Below are positions 49,701 to 62,881 of a DNA stretch of 64,000 nucleotides, piece by piece. The stretch lies in contig NW_019091355.1 of NCBI RefSeq assembly GCF_001949145.1, forward strand, positions 1,821,107 through 1,885,106. The letters run 5' to 3'. Below the pieces are notes generated by a model. The model made no database searches and had not been told where the DNA came from. It saw only the letters and a list, made by a program, of their open reading frames with translations. The translations under genes were made by a program, and so were the position numbers. Within the stretch, counting starts at the first letter, position 1. Every line of letters starts with the position of its first letter. The stretch is from Acanthaster planci. Taxonomy: Eukaryota.

Positions 49701-50913
49701 GTATTATGTAGGGATTAGGTTAATTATGTTCTTTCAGAGTATTTCCAACATTTCTCTGAATCCCTTTTTCCCCCACTGACCCAATTCCTGTCACTCTTGT
49801 CATCAGGTTGATGGCGACGTTTGTGTCATCTGCTCGGATCTTCTCCAGTTTCTCCAGCTTGCCCGTTGCTAGAATCTCATCAATCTTTTTGGCAATTTTC
49901 TCCCCAACACCATCCTATCAAACAGCAGGCAAATGGCAAACATCAGTGTTTGTCCAGTGTCCAAAAAAGTGGGTTACACACTCCAAAAACAATAAGTCAG
50001 GGGAGTTTAATATATGTAGTCTGTTGTTATGGATTTTCGGGGAAGATTTGATTGAGAAAGTAAAAACAGAGGGTTATCATGTTATTGCTGGGCTGCTTTT
50101 ATAATGCCAAGGCGTACGAAACCAATCAAAAGTGAGGAGCCAGTAAGGCCTACCGAGTAGTGCCTTACTGTTCAGAAAGTACTTCAAGTTCAAGTACCAT
50201 GTCTCTCAAACTTACCAGTTTCTTGGCTTCCTTGCCACTGGTGATTTTTTCAGGGTATTTGGCGATGGTGCTCGCGGCTTTGCGGTAGGCATTGTACTTA
50301 TGCATCTGTCTGGTTACATTCTTCTCATAGTTTGCCAACTCTGTTATGGAACAACTTGGACACGTGAAATCACAATTTCCAATTTAATTTTAAGAAACTG
50401 AGTTCTCAAGTGAACAGTGCCCTCGCTCATTTATGTGTATTCGGCCACATGTATTCAATTTTTTTTCAACAGCATACATTATCTTTATTCATTTCCAGTC
50501 ATTCTTTTTCTTTTATATTTAAATATTTATAAGTTCTAACTTTTGGCTTCAAATACTTTTAAGGGCCCAATATTTTTATTTATTGTACACAACTTGATGA
50601 TCATGAGGATAGGCAGGTCTTTGGCCACAGTGATTGTTATCGCTTTTGCCTCTCCTATTCCAAACTTGTATGTGATGGAAAAGAAATGGCATGAATAAAT
50701 AATAATAATATAATAGTAACGATAACATTTACTAGCATGACTAGCCTCACACGCTTTTCACGAAACTGGTAAAACGTTACGTTTCATATTACACATAAGT
50801 CCAGACTGACTGAGCAGCAGTTTGAACTTAATACACCATGTTTCCTTACCAGAGAGAACATCCACCAGATCTTTGTTTGGATTGTCATTTTGTGGAGCTT
50901 TGCGTTTACTCAT
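46800..50913 (-). CDS. POLB: DNA polymerase beta (family X), 337 aa
   Basis: Exons 50913-50850, 50340-50216, 49914-49781, 49048-48999, 48488-48437, 48049-47851, 47440-47354, 47214-47007, 46894-46800 total 1014 nt. Motifs [30 protein letters not shown] (dRP lyase helix), [49 protein letters not shown]. Confidence 0.97.
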
Positions 50914-50949
50914 TGTGACTCTCGATGAATTTCAATTGGGCAGAAAATA

Positions 50950-51480
50950 CACACAACACACACAACACCAACAAAGGTGAACGCGTCTGCACTGTGCCTT
51001 GCCGTACGGGCTAGGTACGTATGCATATGTCACGCGTACGAGAGACTGTTTCCCTCCTTGCCTTTGTGTGCAATAATATGAAAAGAGAATAGGTTTCAGT
51101 CTTCATACGCGTACGAAATGAATGCGGGCGTGCGGGCGGTCGTACAGTACGGATTAATCCAAGCACGTGGGACGCATACTCGAACGTCCAACGTGCTTTG
51201 GTTAATCCGTACATGTACTGTACGACCGACCGCGCGTACATGTACAACTAGTACATGTTGCGTCAGTGCACCGCGCAGGCGTCATGCACTAGCGAGCATG
51301 CATTCACTCTTCACGCACGCGCTGGGCTCGATCCGTCGGTTTCTTCTCAAAGCTCCTATCAACATGTGCGCTGTACATGTGAATGTGTCTCTGTTTCGAA
51401 TATAGCGCCCTCTATGGTACTGCTTTCCGGCTGTGCTCGTCAGCGGCACGGTGCACTGGCCAAAGCAGTAAAATCTGTCT
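50950..51480. promoter_or_regulatory. CpG-rich promoter region upstream of POLB
   Basis: Abrupt local excess of CG dinucleotides directly 5' of the POLB ATG, in a window where CpG is otherwise visibly scarce. Confidence 0.6.
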
Positions 51481-54400
51481 TAGAGCTAGGTGGGCTACGG
51501 GAGTCAATTTATGAGCGGATTGATTTGATTTTATTTCTGTGTACCAAAACTCAGTACCCCAGATGTAATAAGTTCAGAATGAAATTTGAGTTCGATCTTT
51601 TCTAACCCTCCTTTTGCTACGACAGGCTCAATCAAAAATACCTTCCGCTTGACTTGCCTAAGTGCACAGACACAAAGGGGTCATTTGACTGATTTTGACA
51701 GATTTCACAAGCTTCATTCCATGTTCCAATAATAACATATTCCCATAAACCGCACAATACAAGGCTGCAATATTACTGACATTTTATTGTTCCAATTCCA
51801 ATCGGCAAATCTGCCGTTCTTTGTTAATTTACATACATACATATTTTTAAGAAAAGAAAACAGCAACAACCAAAACAAAAACATTTTACTAGACCTTTAA
51901 AAATTCTGCAACTTCCCTTGCTCCTAATGTAGTGTATAAAATGGCCATTACATCGAGTGCACTTTTTTATCCGAGTCTGATCACAAAACAGTTTTTTTCC
52001 CTAAAAAACGTAGAATAAAGCAGCACATATGCAATATGATCCCACAAAATGAGTCATAATTTTTTTCCCCCGCAACTATTAAAAGAGCACGGTCTGTTCT
52101 CCATTTTGATAGATTGCTTGGGCATCTCAATATATACAGAAATTTGTATGCAGACGATAACACTGACCACTCCTACTGGCTTGTTTTTGGACCTCTGACT
52201 CTGCCCACTATTCCTGCATAAAGTTATTTATAGCAAAGAGCTGTCACTAAAATAGCACTGACATAAACTACCAAGAATGCATCTACTGCATGAATGGTTG
52301 GATGAGCGATGGGGTTAGATCCAAAACCTCACTGGGAGAAGCTGACAAGGAAATGAGGCGGGATCAACCTCAACATGAAGCAGATCATGGACAGTCAAAA
52401 AATTCACCAAGTTTCCAATATAGGTGGATGTGCCCTTACAAATTGCCTCTGACTGTTCACTGTCACAACATCAATGGAGACTTTTATACCAACAAAATTA
52501 TTACATTCTACATCTACACACTAAGGACAAAAGGATTACATACTAAATTCAAGGCAATTAGATATTTTAAAGTAATTGTGTCAGCATGCAATAAATTTAC
52601 TCATAAAAACAATCATTTGGAAAAACATACATGGCATACAATATCAAGAAAATAAACATAAAAATTAAAATAAAACATTCATGACTTGTCAAACGAAAAG
52701 TATGAAGCTCAGTACAGGTGGAGATTGTCAACAGTACTTGAGAACACATCCGTCAGTAGGACAAAACATTACATCAACTGGGCTAGGAAACACTTTAAGT
52801 CCAAGTATGAACCCCAGCACGGATGATCAGGTTGCTGATCTAATGAGCACGGCCAAGGTTGGAAAAAAATCTGCATATTGAGACCAGATAACTGTGTAAT
52901 CATACATGTACCCTGGCTGATGCCCTTTCACTACTCTCTTTAATTTAATTGAAAAGATATGGCATATTGTTGGAAACGTAGGGCACCCCTATGGTTTTCA
53001 GGGCTTATCTCATCAAATGTCGATTCCAAAAATTTTGTTCCATTATTTGAAATAACACCAGGGCAAGGAGCCAGTCTATCACCATCCTCAATGTTGATCT
53101 GCAAACCACCCTCACTGGTTTTTATGCAAAAATGAAAATCACAAAGTCTTTCTGGTAACAGTTCAAACCATATCTACAAGTACAGCGGTTCATGCGATGT
53201 GAACAAACATTTAAGAGCCAAAGTTTGACTCATGGCAGATTTGTACAGATTCAACTACATGTACATGCATTTAAACAGCACAAAGCTTCACACAAGCAGA
53301 ATTTCACAATACTGAAAACATTCCATACACGTAACGTCTGAATGCCCACTTTGCCCAATAAATTTGCATAATTGTTAACTGAAATGAATTTACATGATTC
53401 TGCTTGAACCACATGATGCATGTTCACACCTTGCAGGCTAGCAATGCTTGAATTTACAGGTATGCCCGTGTCTTTGTTTTTCTGGTTTTTCTTCACAGAT
53501 GCAACATCTACATTATGACAGCACACTCAAACTGTAACAGATACATGCCAGGAACAGTGTGTTAAAATGAGAGTTTGGCGATTGGCAGTCATTTAATAAT
53601 GAAATGTTACTGATTATTAGACCTGATTCACCTGCTAACAAGCTATACAAAGTGTGCATGACAGTATCAAAACGAGCTTCCTTGAGGAAATGATCTGATT
53701 GATGATTTGATGATTTACAAGCAATAATGTCAGACATACACATGCGGTCTAGTGGATTACCAGTATAGCATTTCTTTATTTTGACAAAAACAGGCGGTCC
53801 AATGATGAAAATACTCCGTTTTTGAATGAGGCTGCAATTTTACTGCTTTTCAATACCTGGTGTTAGCTTAACTAGCTCTGAAAGAAGTACGGTCTGCAGA
53901 ACAGACTTTGAAAAAGTTGCACTTTGATCCATTCTTATCATTGCTAAGCCTAAATCTGGAATTTACTGTTGCTCTGTACAACGCAGGTGTATAACAATAT
54001 CAGTCTAGTACATGAAAGCACCCACATCCAACAGCGGAACAAAGGGCCGAAATATTATCGGACAACTGACAACCAACTTAAAACATTTAAAATGTACATG
54101 ACGATCAGAGTGTTTTTTTTTTTGGCTAAAGTTCACAAGCCTGCATAACGTTATGCCATCAACATAAAAATAAATACACAGAGGACTTTTTGCATACATT
54201 ACGAACAAATACATAAAAGACTTTACTGATCCTTGCTGATGAATCAAAGTATCGCAGTGACGGAGAATTATCAATTTGTCTCTCATTCCTCAATTTTCAG
54301 ACGTACAGGAGTTGCAAAAATCATTCGGGTACTGCATTATGTGTGGCAAATTAATTTTATCTCTGCAAAACTAGTCTCATTTCCTACAAACCACCTCGCC

Positions 54401-54521
54401 AACTTTCTGTTGCTTTTTCACTGTGTTTCACTAAAAAAGCAACAATAACATCAACCCATTTCAAAACCTATGGAACAGGTGCATGTTTATTGTACCATTT
54501 TTTTCTTGAAACTGACGCTTC

Positions 54522-54573
54522 TTAACCCTAACAGTCCTCAATCCTCCAAAAGGTGAAGGACTGTTAGGGTTAA
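54522..54573. mobile_element. Tiny piggyBac-like MITE, same family as 19038-19096
   Basis: ttaa|ccctaacagtcctcaatcctcc...aggactgttaggg|ttaa. Confidence 0.7.
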
Positions 54574-54740
54574 GCAAAGTGTACACTAACACCTTGGATT
54601 TTTTAATAAAAAGTCCCCTTTCCTGAATACCCTCAAGGACCAATTATATGCAAGCATTCGAACAAGACAGTTTTAAAAAGTGAGACCATCTGTAACCGTG
54701 AACAAATGTCTTTAAGTGGGAGCAGTAGAACGGTTCAGCA

Positions 54741-54870
54741 GGATGCTCCTTCCTAAAAACCCTTCATTTGGGGGATGCTCCTTCCTAAAAACCCTTCATT
54801 TGGGGGATGCTCCTTCCTAAAACCCCTTCATTAGGGGGATGCTCCTTCCTGAAAACCCTTCATTTGGGGG
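54741..54870. repeat. 32-bp tandem repeat x4
   Basis: gatgctccttcctaaaaacccttcatttgggg at 54742, 54774, 54806, 54838. Confidence 0.95.
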
Positions 54871-55424
54871 AAGTTAAAATAGCAACAGCCTTGAGATCGG
54901 AATGTTGACCTACAATGCAATTCAAGCTCAGATCGAAGCCACTGGCGGTAAATTCTTTTCAAAGACAGCTATGCTGAATTCCCAAATGACAGACTGACCC
55001 CCATGAAATGCCACCTTCAGCTGGGCGAACTTAGATAAATCTACTGAACAGGCAAAAATCACTTGGCCAATTTGCATATACATGGAAATCAAAAGTACTG
55101 AACCTGCTTTCTGGCTTACTAAGCAATACTCTTGTATACTCAGCAAAGTGCAAATATTAATGTACTGGAAATGGTCTCTTCTCTCAGGTGCAAATCACAC
55201 GCATGACTTTTAGTAGATCAATCGCGGCAGCTACCATTGCGGGTAAAAAAAAAAGAAAGGTCATATCTCATTAACCAAACCCCATCCCCTCCGTAAACCC
55301 CCCAAAAATCCTAGGAAGCACTATCCTCGGACGCATCCATGTGAGGGTCAGATGAAATAACACCTGTTACTCCCAGGATGCGAGGTTGAGATGCAAATTA
55401 CACCAGTGAAACAAATGTGCACAA

Positions 55425-55566
55425 CGATGCAGTTCTTCAGAATGAAATGGGTCTGCAGAGTGAATCGAGCGAATGGAATGAAGGTCTGCAGGATGATCCA
55501 AATCTGCAGGATGAAGCAGGTCTGCAGGATGCAGCAGGTCCGCAAGATGAAGCAGGTCTACCGGAC
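55425..55566. repeat. Degenerate 18-bp tandem repeat downstream of the SAR1 stop
   Basis: atgaagcaggtctgcagg-like units. They produce the spurious MKQVCR repeat ORF. Confidence 0.85.
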
Positions 55567-56065
55567 GCGTGGCTGTAGTGCTACGTTTCCAGTGTTACAA
55601 TGGCAGCAACACATCCAGCTCAAAGCATTGTCTCCCGGGTTGACCTCCCATGAAGCACGGCACTTGCAGTCAAAATCAGGCATTGCTTTTTTTTTTTCGA
55701 TGGGTACATAAATGTCCATAGAGCGTATTCATCAGCCCAAATTACCAGTGAAGAATTTGTAATGCTTTCTTTTTTTTATCCCACTCTCCTCGATGCATCT
55801 TTAAAATATAGTCATTCAGTCTTTGCAAAAAAACGCTGAACCGTTTGACCAGACGACACAAACGGCACCCACTTCCCTCAAGTCGCTTGGTCTCATGTTT
55901 GAGCTTCAAGGCTCAGGCAGACGACCGTTCCTTTTTTCCCCTTAGGGAGCAGTCTCCACTTGTTGTCGTTTTGGAAGTTCAATCGCATATAACAAGTTCA
56001 TTCGTTTTGGTTTTTTTTCTTAACTTACAAAAATCCTATGAGTTATCCTAGATCAGATGGAGGTA

Positions 56066-59000
56066 CTATATGTACTGTGCCAGCCATTTGAAGCCTTCGC
56101 CGTAGCCTTGTTGCTTGAGGACACTGCACATGAATAACTCAACGGGGCGACCCGGCAAGTCTTTTAGAGGTATGTTTCCCTGAATGGAAAGAAACAAAGA
56201 AATTTTTATTATTCCTTTCAAAAAGTGTTCCTTATTTGAACAGCAACCAGACTTGCCTCCTTAGATCTTTGGGTTTAAAACAATCGAAATGATCAATGCT
56301 TCCAAGTTGGAATCAAGTGATTTCATGATTAAAGTCAGAGGTTGTACTTGGTCAACATACTTTGCCAACCATTTTAATGCATTTTAATGCTTTAATTTTA
56401 GTGCTAGAACTTTCACACTTGAGTAGAGATTCCATGAAACTGTGTTCAGTTCTCAGCTGATGGTTCTTTATGGGACAGCAAGTTGCCGAGGGTCCATAAA
56501 AACTGAGCCTAACTGATGGGGTTAGGTTAGAGTTTTGAGACATATAGGGTTCTACATTAACGCTAACTCTTCAAGATCCTTCAAAGTCCCCCAGGAAGTC
56601 TCAGAGGATTTTATAGAACTGAGGAAGTTAAAGCACAGTGCCTATTCCTTTACACAGGGCTTGATGCTGCTTGAAAGTTTAGAAAGACTGTGCCCTTTGA
56701 ACGATTTTCTGCACAGTGGCGGGGGTTTTTATAGAATTAAAGAAGAATCCTAGCGATTGGGGTGGAGTTCTTCAGACGCCGGTATTCAATACCTTTCCTG
56801 TCGTTTGCTGAATGAGGCCGAAACAATCTCTAATGTGATCTTCACTGCAAGCTGTGGGGATGTCAATCTTGTTGCCCAGGATCAGTACTGGGGCGTTGGC
56901 CACAGACTCGTCTGTTAACAGACCCTGAAAAATGCAAAGGACCCTTCAATTTGGGCATAATAGAGGCGGATTTCTTGAAAAATGGTTGATGGCACTGAGT
57001 GGCCAACTGGAAATGTGAATTCTTTCTACTTGTAATAACACATCGTTTTTAATTCGGTATAGTTTTCACATGATTTAAAAGGAAATTTATTTGGAAGTGC
57101 ATTCGATTACAAGGCACTGCTTGTTGGGTGTGAGACTCCATGAGATGGGATTTTACAATTTCTTCCAGAGAAGGAATGCTTACGTCAAGTTCTGCCTTTG
57201 ACTCAGCAAATCTGGTGGGGTCGGCGGCATCTATGAGGAACACAATGCCGTTGATCGCAGGCAGGTAGTCCTTCCACACTCGCCGCGCCTGCTCGTGGCC
57301 ACCCAGGTCAAAGGTTGTGAAAGATAACGACCCCATGCTTAATGATTCTGATGCTGGAAAACGACAAAAGGAAAGACAACACATGATGATGAAATGATAC
57401 GTAATTCAACCCCATGCAAATACTTTTTGCAATCCAGGCAATGCTCTGGAACAAAACATAAAAAATGGAAGGAACACAAAAAAAGTCCACAAATTGCAAG
57501 ATACTAGCCAACATGTCAACACTGTGTATTTTTGTAATCGGTTCCCAGCTGACATTTGCTAAGCAAATAATTATGCTAAGCGGTCTCTCTGAAATGGACT
57601 CAGCACGAGCACACCATTGACAGCATCTCAGATGTAACAGAGCCCCTTACTAGGATGTAACGTTGGAACATGTTGTGCCATCCTGCCATCCTTCAGCATG
57701 TGTAGTAACGTCGTCTTGCCGGCGTTGTCTAACCCAAGAAACACAAGCTTCCCGCTCTTCTTCCATAAGCCTGCAAGAGCCCAAAAATGAAAAACTATCG
57801 GCATTCACACACCTTGGATGACAGTAAATGCCGCTGTACAATTTCCAGAAATGCTCAGAGCTAGACACCTCAGTGGTATGGAGCACCAAAGTGTGATGTC
57901 ATTCAGAACCAGTAAATGCCACACAAACGACTGGAATACACGACCGTGTTGGTTCACGTGCTGGTTCTTGTGCTAATGCCTTTTACACTCAAGATTGGCC
58001 ATGTGACGTAGTCACTTTGGTACTCTATACAGCAAATAAGGCTTAAGGACCACTGAGACCATTTGACATATATACATGTACCTGTACTGTGTGAAATAAC
58101 CTCAAGCAGCAAGATTCACTTCTGACTTGAAAACATTAAGGAAGGATGCAAACCTTGGACACTTAAGGCACTAGTTTATTTGCTACCTGAGCCCACATAT
58201 GAATGTATGATACAGCCTCCAATAAAAACAGCCAAAACATACATGTAGGCAAAGGCAGGGTTTTGGACTTTAAATTTTTGAAAATGAGTGTCCTGACTTG
58301 CAAGGCAGTGAAAAACAGAGCATCCAAGTCGCTGATGGTTTGTAAAATTCAAGAAAATAGGCCTCTCGGTGTTTGTCTTTTCAGCTGTTTCACACTTAGT
58401 GAAAACGACAACGGTGAACACAGCTTGTGAAGGACATGTACCAGTAGGCTGAAAGGTCATTCTAACTCAACTACATGCTAATCTACCAGTCAGCCTTTGC
58501 TGTCACAGTAGTGTGTGATTCGAATGTTTCATGTACATCATCTGCTGGTACCCTCAATTTCTGCACAGACACACAGTCTAGTAACAATACCTAGCTGATT
58601 GACGTGCATTTTACCGAGTGACTAATGAAAGGTATCCTTCAGGGCAGATGGAGACTAAATATCTTTATCAGGGAAGTGTATAATGTAGGCTTTTTCCACT
58701 TGGAACTGGCAGAGAATGCTAGTATGTGCACAACAGACTGTGTTGGTTAAAAATATCTCGAGAATGCAGGTTGCAAAATGTAGCATTTAAAAGGGTACTG
58801 GAGTGCTGAGACTCCCTAAATACTCAAAACGACAGTCTTACAAGTACAGTTAGGTATTTTGGTACATGTATCCATTATTGTGTGAACCAACCTTGTTAAA
58901 ACAGTAAGTCATTATTATACATATTTACTTAATGACTTTCTTCTCAACGGATTGTTCTGCATGTATTTTGCCTGTGGTAAGTCTCATTACACACAGATTA

Positions 59001-59172
59001 CCATAACCAGGAAATACACTAACCTATAAAAAAAAGCATTAATGTTGACTGGTTGCAAATCCTTTCAGGGACTCTGTGATTTATTTGGATCATGACTGAT
59101 TCCATCACTGGTTTGAAAATTGTACTTACCCAACATAGCGAGCACATCCGTAAACCAATTTACAAGGAACAT
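56066..59172 (-). CDS. SAR1: SAR1 small GTPase (COPII initiation), 192 aa
   Basis: Exons 59172-59130, 57770-57651, 57353-57184, 56924-56793, 56179-56066 total 579 nt. Motifs [69 protein letters not shown]. Confidence 0.97.
57877..58029. mobile_element. ~150-bp MITE, dispersed repeat (copy 2), in a SAR1 intron
   Basis: Inverted ends tatggagcaccaaagtg / cactttggtactctata, TA at both termini. Homologous to 1860-2009. Confidence 0.7.
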
Positions 59173-61080
59173 GATGAACTTCTGATTTTAAGCCTCCGAT
59201 CTTAAAACAGACAGGAAAATACAAATAAGGAATATTATATGCAACTAAAGGCTAAGGGAGATTTGTTGCAACAGAAAACCGTGGGGGGCCCTAAAACTAA
59301 ATTTAGCTCAATCCATGAAAATCCTTTAAAATCCCTCTGAAATTCCTGTCATTATGTTGAGGCAGCGCTAATGGTACGTTGGAGCATTATGATTTCACAT
59401 TTAATCAATGTATAAATTTATGCATGGCACACCCTGAACAACCCAACGTTAAATCCAAGACCTTGAAACAATGCCTCCTTCACAATCAGCCCCACTTTTT
59501 GCAATTCAGGCTCAATCATACAAAATTGTCCAAAACTGCCCCAGAGGATTTTGGAGGACTGAGGATGGTAAGGGTTAAGAGAGTACATGTACATCTGTGA
59601 ACAAGATTGTTTTTAAATTACTTAAAAAAATACAAAATCATTTTTAAAAATCACGTTAAAGAAACCTTAAGTTCTTTTGGGTATTTGAAATGAAGAAATG
59701 GCTGAATTTAATATACTGATACCTTTAAGACACTTCCCACACAACCAAAATTGGGTCATTTTGTGTATAATGTTTCTCTTTACACTTATTTGACTTGTAC
59801 ATGTGCGCCACCTGATATACGTACATGTACACCACTCTCCATTTTGTATGACAGCACGTACATGTATTCATGGAATTCAATAGCCATTCCCTGTAAAGCA
59901 GTAATGCCAAATACCGGTATTATGGAAAGCAGTATTGCCAGATATCATGAAACTTGGAACACCAAAGATGTGTACTTATTCAATAAAGCCTCTCAACATG
60001 TTACATAAGGCATGTCATGTGTGAGCAAGTACAGGAGTTTTATCCCAATTGAAGAAGCAAGACACTGATCTTTAATCATCTTATCTAACAATTGAAATTT
60101 GCATAAACAGTTTGTTCATACCAAGAGTTTGTGGTATTTCAGCAGGTAACTGGACTTAGAAAACTTTGGTGTTTGATTAGAAATAAACAGTTCAACATAT
60201 ATGTACAATAAACTTAACACCAGCAGTCAGCACTTGGTCCATTAGTAATTACATGGCATCATGTCTTGAACTTCAAAAACCAAAAGCCTTCTGGACAACT
60301 TATACAAAGATCGACTTCCACAAAAATTAATTTGAATAAAAATCTGATATTATAAATTTTTTTTTAAATCGTGATTTTTTATCTACCCTGTCTGTGAAGT
60401 TTCAAAATAATCTACACAGGGTTTCTTATTATCGTTAGTGGGACATGCACAGTGCTGGCAACACACCACCAGCAAAGATCCAATGTTAACAGGCACACTG
60501 TGCTTGATGCAGATGCTATGTTTACTTAGCTCACAATGTCAATAAAGACTACTTTGAGTGATGTAACAGTAATCCATCTTACTCAGTTTTAAATAGCGCG
60601 GAATTTAACTTTCTTATTGGTTACATCTTTTTTACCATGCTTATGGTTTCAGATGTTTATATCAAACAATAATTCCACCTGGAGGCTGTGCAAATCACGT
60701 ATGTCAATGATAATGTACAAGTACCACTAAGTAGTAGACAGAACTAAATACAAGTCCCTTGACAAGGGCCTTATCTGCTCAAAAAATGGCAAAACTTACA
60801 GGGAGGAATTTTACTTGATCTAAAAGTAACCAGTCTGAGAAAGGTTTTACTTTAACACCCTTACCAAAATCAGTTTGAAATCGCAAAATCTACCAAAATA
60901 ACTATCCAGTTGTGTTCAGAATTATACAAATGCTTGGTAAAACCTTCAGTTTTAAGACTTTCATCAGGAAGGATGGAAGTAAGTTCTGATTTTCTGTGTC
61001 AGATGTACATGTACTTGGCACTCTATGGTAACTTCGAAGTGTTCATGGGCAGAGCTACTTTCTGCCCAATTTTTCACTGG

Positions 61081-61285
61081 GGAAAGAGTTCCATATACGG
61101 ATGCCGCTCGATGCCCTGTGCACAAACCCTACGAGACTGGTCTGAAACTTTCTAAGTGTTTTCTAAGTAAACGACTTGGTATTTTCCCTCCTAAATTGAA
61201 CTTTTCTGGACACATTTTCGCTTTCTGACGGCTAATAGGTCACCGTACAAAATAATTACTGGCATCCGTACATGGAACTCTTTCC
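61081..61285. repeat. 25-bp inverted repeat pair in SAR1 intron 1
   Basis: ggaaagagttccatatacggatgcc (61081-61105) versus ggcatccgtacatggaactctttcc (61261-61285), 1 mismatch. Third partial copy at ~61397-61415. Confidence 0.8.
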
Positions 61286-62022
61286 TTCCCAGGATTTACC
61301 GAAATAAATCTGGAAATAAAAGCTTGTGCCATGCATATAAGGATTTCGGTGCTCCTGACCAATTCTGGTAGGAAGCATTAAACTGTAGGTAAATTTGGAA
61401 AGAGTTCCATGTATAGGTCTACAGTATACATGGACGTACAACACTTTACGCCACTGTCATGACTGTCAGTAGAGGGCACATATCACAACAGGGACTGTCC
61501 CTAGATTTGGAAAATTCCCTTTACTTGGGGAAAACATCAGTCCCCCAAAAAGAATGTCCCCCTAAAAGGGACTTTTTCCCCAAGTCGTTGGGATCAAAAA
61601 TAACCATGCACTATAGTATTAAAGTATTATCATTTTTTTTCCGTCCACGACTAAATTAGATCATGAAGATCGGCCCATGTATTATATGATTATGACAATA
61701 GCTCAATGACGATAATTTGTCATGATTATAGGCACATGCCTCCCTGCTGTATAGTTACGATGAATGTAGCCTTGTTTGCTAGGCGAGTACAAAACTACAT
61801 GCCATGGACATGATGCACATACATCGTGGCATATTGATAGAAACCATCTGACATGTTTGACATGATGGACGACCGGACCCGTACGTGCGTGAGGCACGAC
61901 ACGTCATGACCGTGACACCGTCTTGATAGTCGGCTACCAATCGTCAGATCGTTGCTATACCCATTCTTAAGGCACTGTTTCACACCCTACGCAACAGTTA
62001 GGCGAATAACAAGAATACTTAC

Positions 62023-62200
62023 CGATGTTAACAAAATAATGCGCGGCCGAACACTAAAACTATACTGATAATACTAACATTAGAGCAGAGTGTTTTGAGA
62101 TCTAGAAGGCACCCGAGACCACTGAAATGAAGTCTGCGAAATTTACGTCATTAAAAAAGGCACCCGACCTTTTTATCAAAGAATGCGTACCATTGGCTAG
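62023..62200 (-). promoter_or_regulatory. SAR1: Probable SAR1 non-coding first exon and core promoter
   Basis: Donor TCG|gtaagt at 62023 pairs with acceptor tctgttttaag at 59200, just 5' of the SAR1 ATG. Upstream on the minus strand are TGACGTAA (62150-62143), ATAAAAA (~62176) and CCAAT (62196-62192). Locally CpG-rich. Confidence 0.6.
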
Positions 62201-62881
62201 TTGGAATTCATAATTTAATAGTAAAATTCCCCCTTGTCAATTTTAAATACTCCGTATCTTAAAACAAATACGTAAAAACAAAATCAATATAGATTTTCTG
62301 AAATATCAGATGAATATAGTCTATTCACGCGACGAATTTTGTACAATAAAACGGCGTTTTGCAGTTCAAAGTCTGACCAATAGTGACAGTCAATGAGTCT
62401 ATTTTGGATAAACGATCGGCTCACTGATCGGGAAACCACTATGAAAAAAACAACGGGTGCTATCAAAAGCGAGATAAGCGGGAGCTGAAAAGGTGTGGGC
62501 TTTACATCACGGCAACAAAGTTAACAGTTAACTTCTTGTTGCAAAGCGGAAAGCTCCAAAAATATGTGACTCAGGATTCTTACCTTTGAAACAGTGTAGA
62601 ATAAATGTAAAACACATTACATCAGTGAATGGGTGTAATCGGTACATGTACCGTTGACCCATGAGTGCGATATCGCCTGCCAAATATGAGAACATTTCAG
62701 AAAGGCCTAGGCCGCTTTAGTACTTCAACTGGAAAAATTGAGATTGACAACCAAGTTAACAGCCTTGTGTTTCCCTGACAAAAAAGGCTGTGCAATTGAC
62801 ACTCAAAACAACATTACTTTGTCTATATTTGGGGGGGCGGTATTATTATTTTTTTTTATCTTAACACCTTTGTTTCTTGAC

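Noticed and set aside
54741..54870. 32-bp repeats resembling CRISPR direct repeats in length
   Set aside because: Head-to-tail with no spacers and no cas genes; a minisatellite.
55391..55711. ORF with MKQVCR repeats
   Set aside because: Derived from an 18-bp tandem repeat antisense to the probable SAR1 3'UTR. No splice or homology support.
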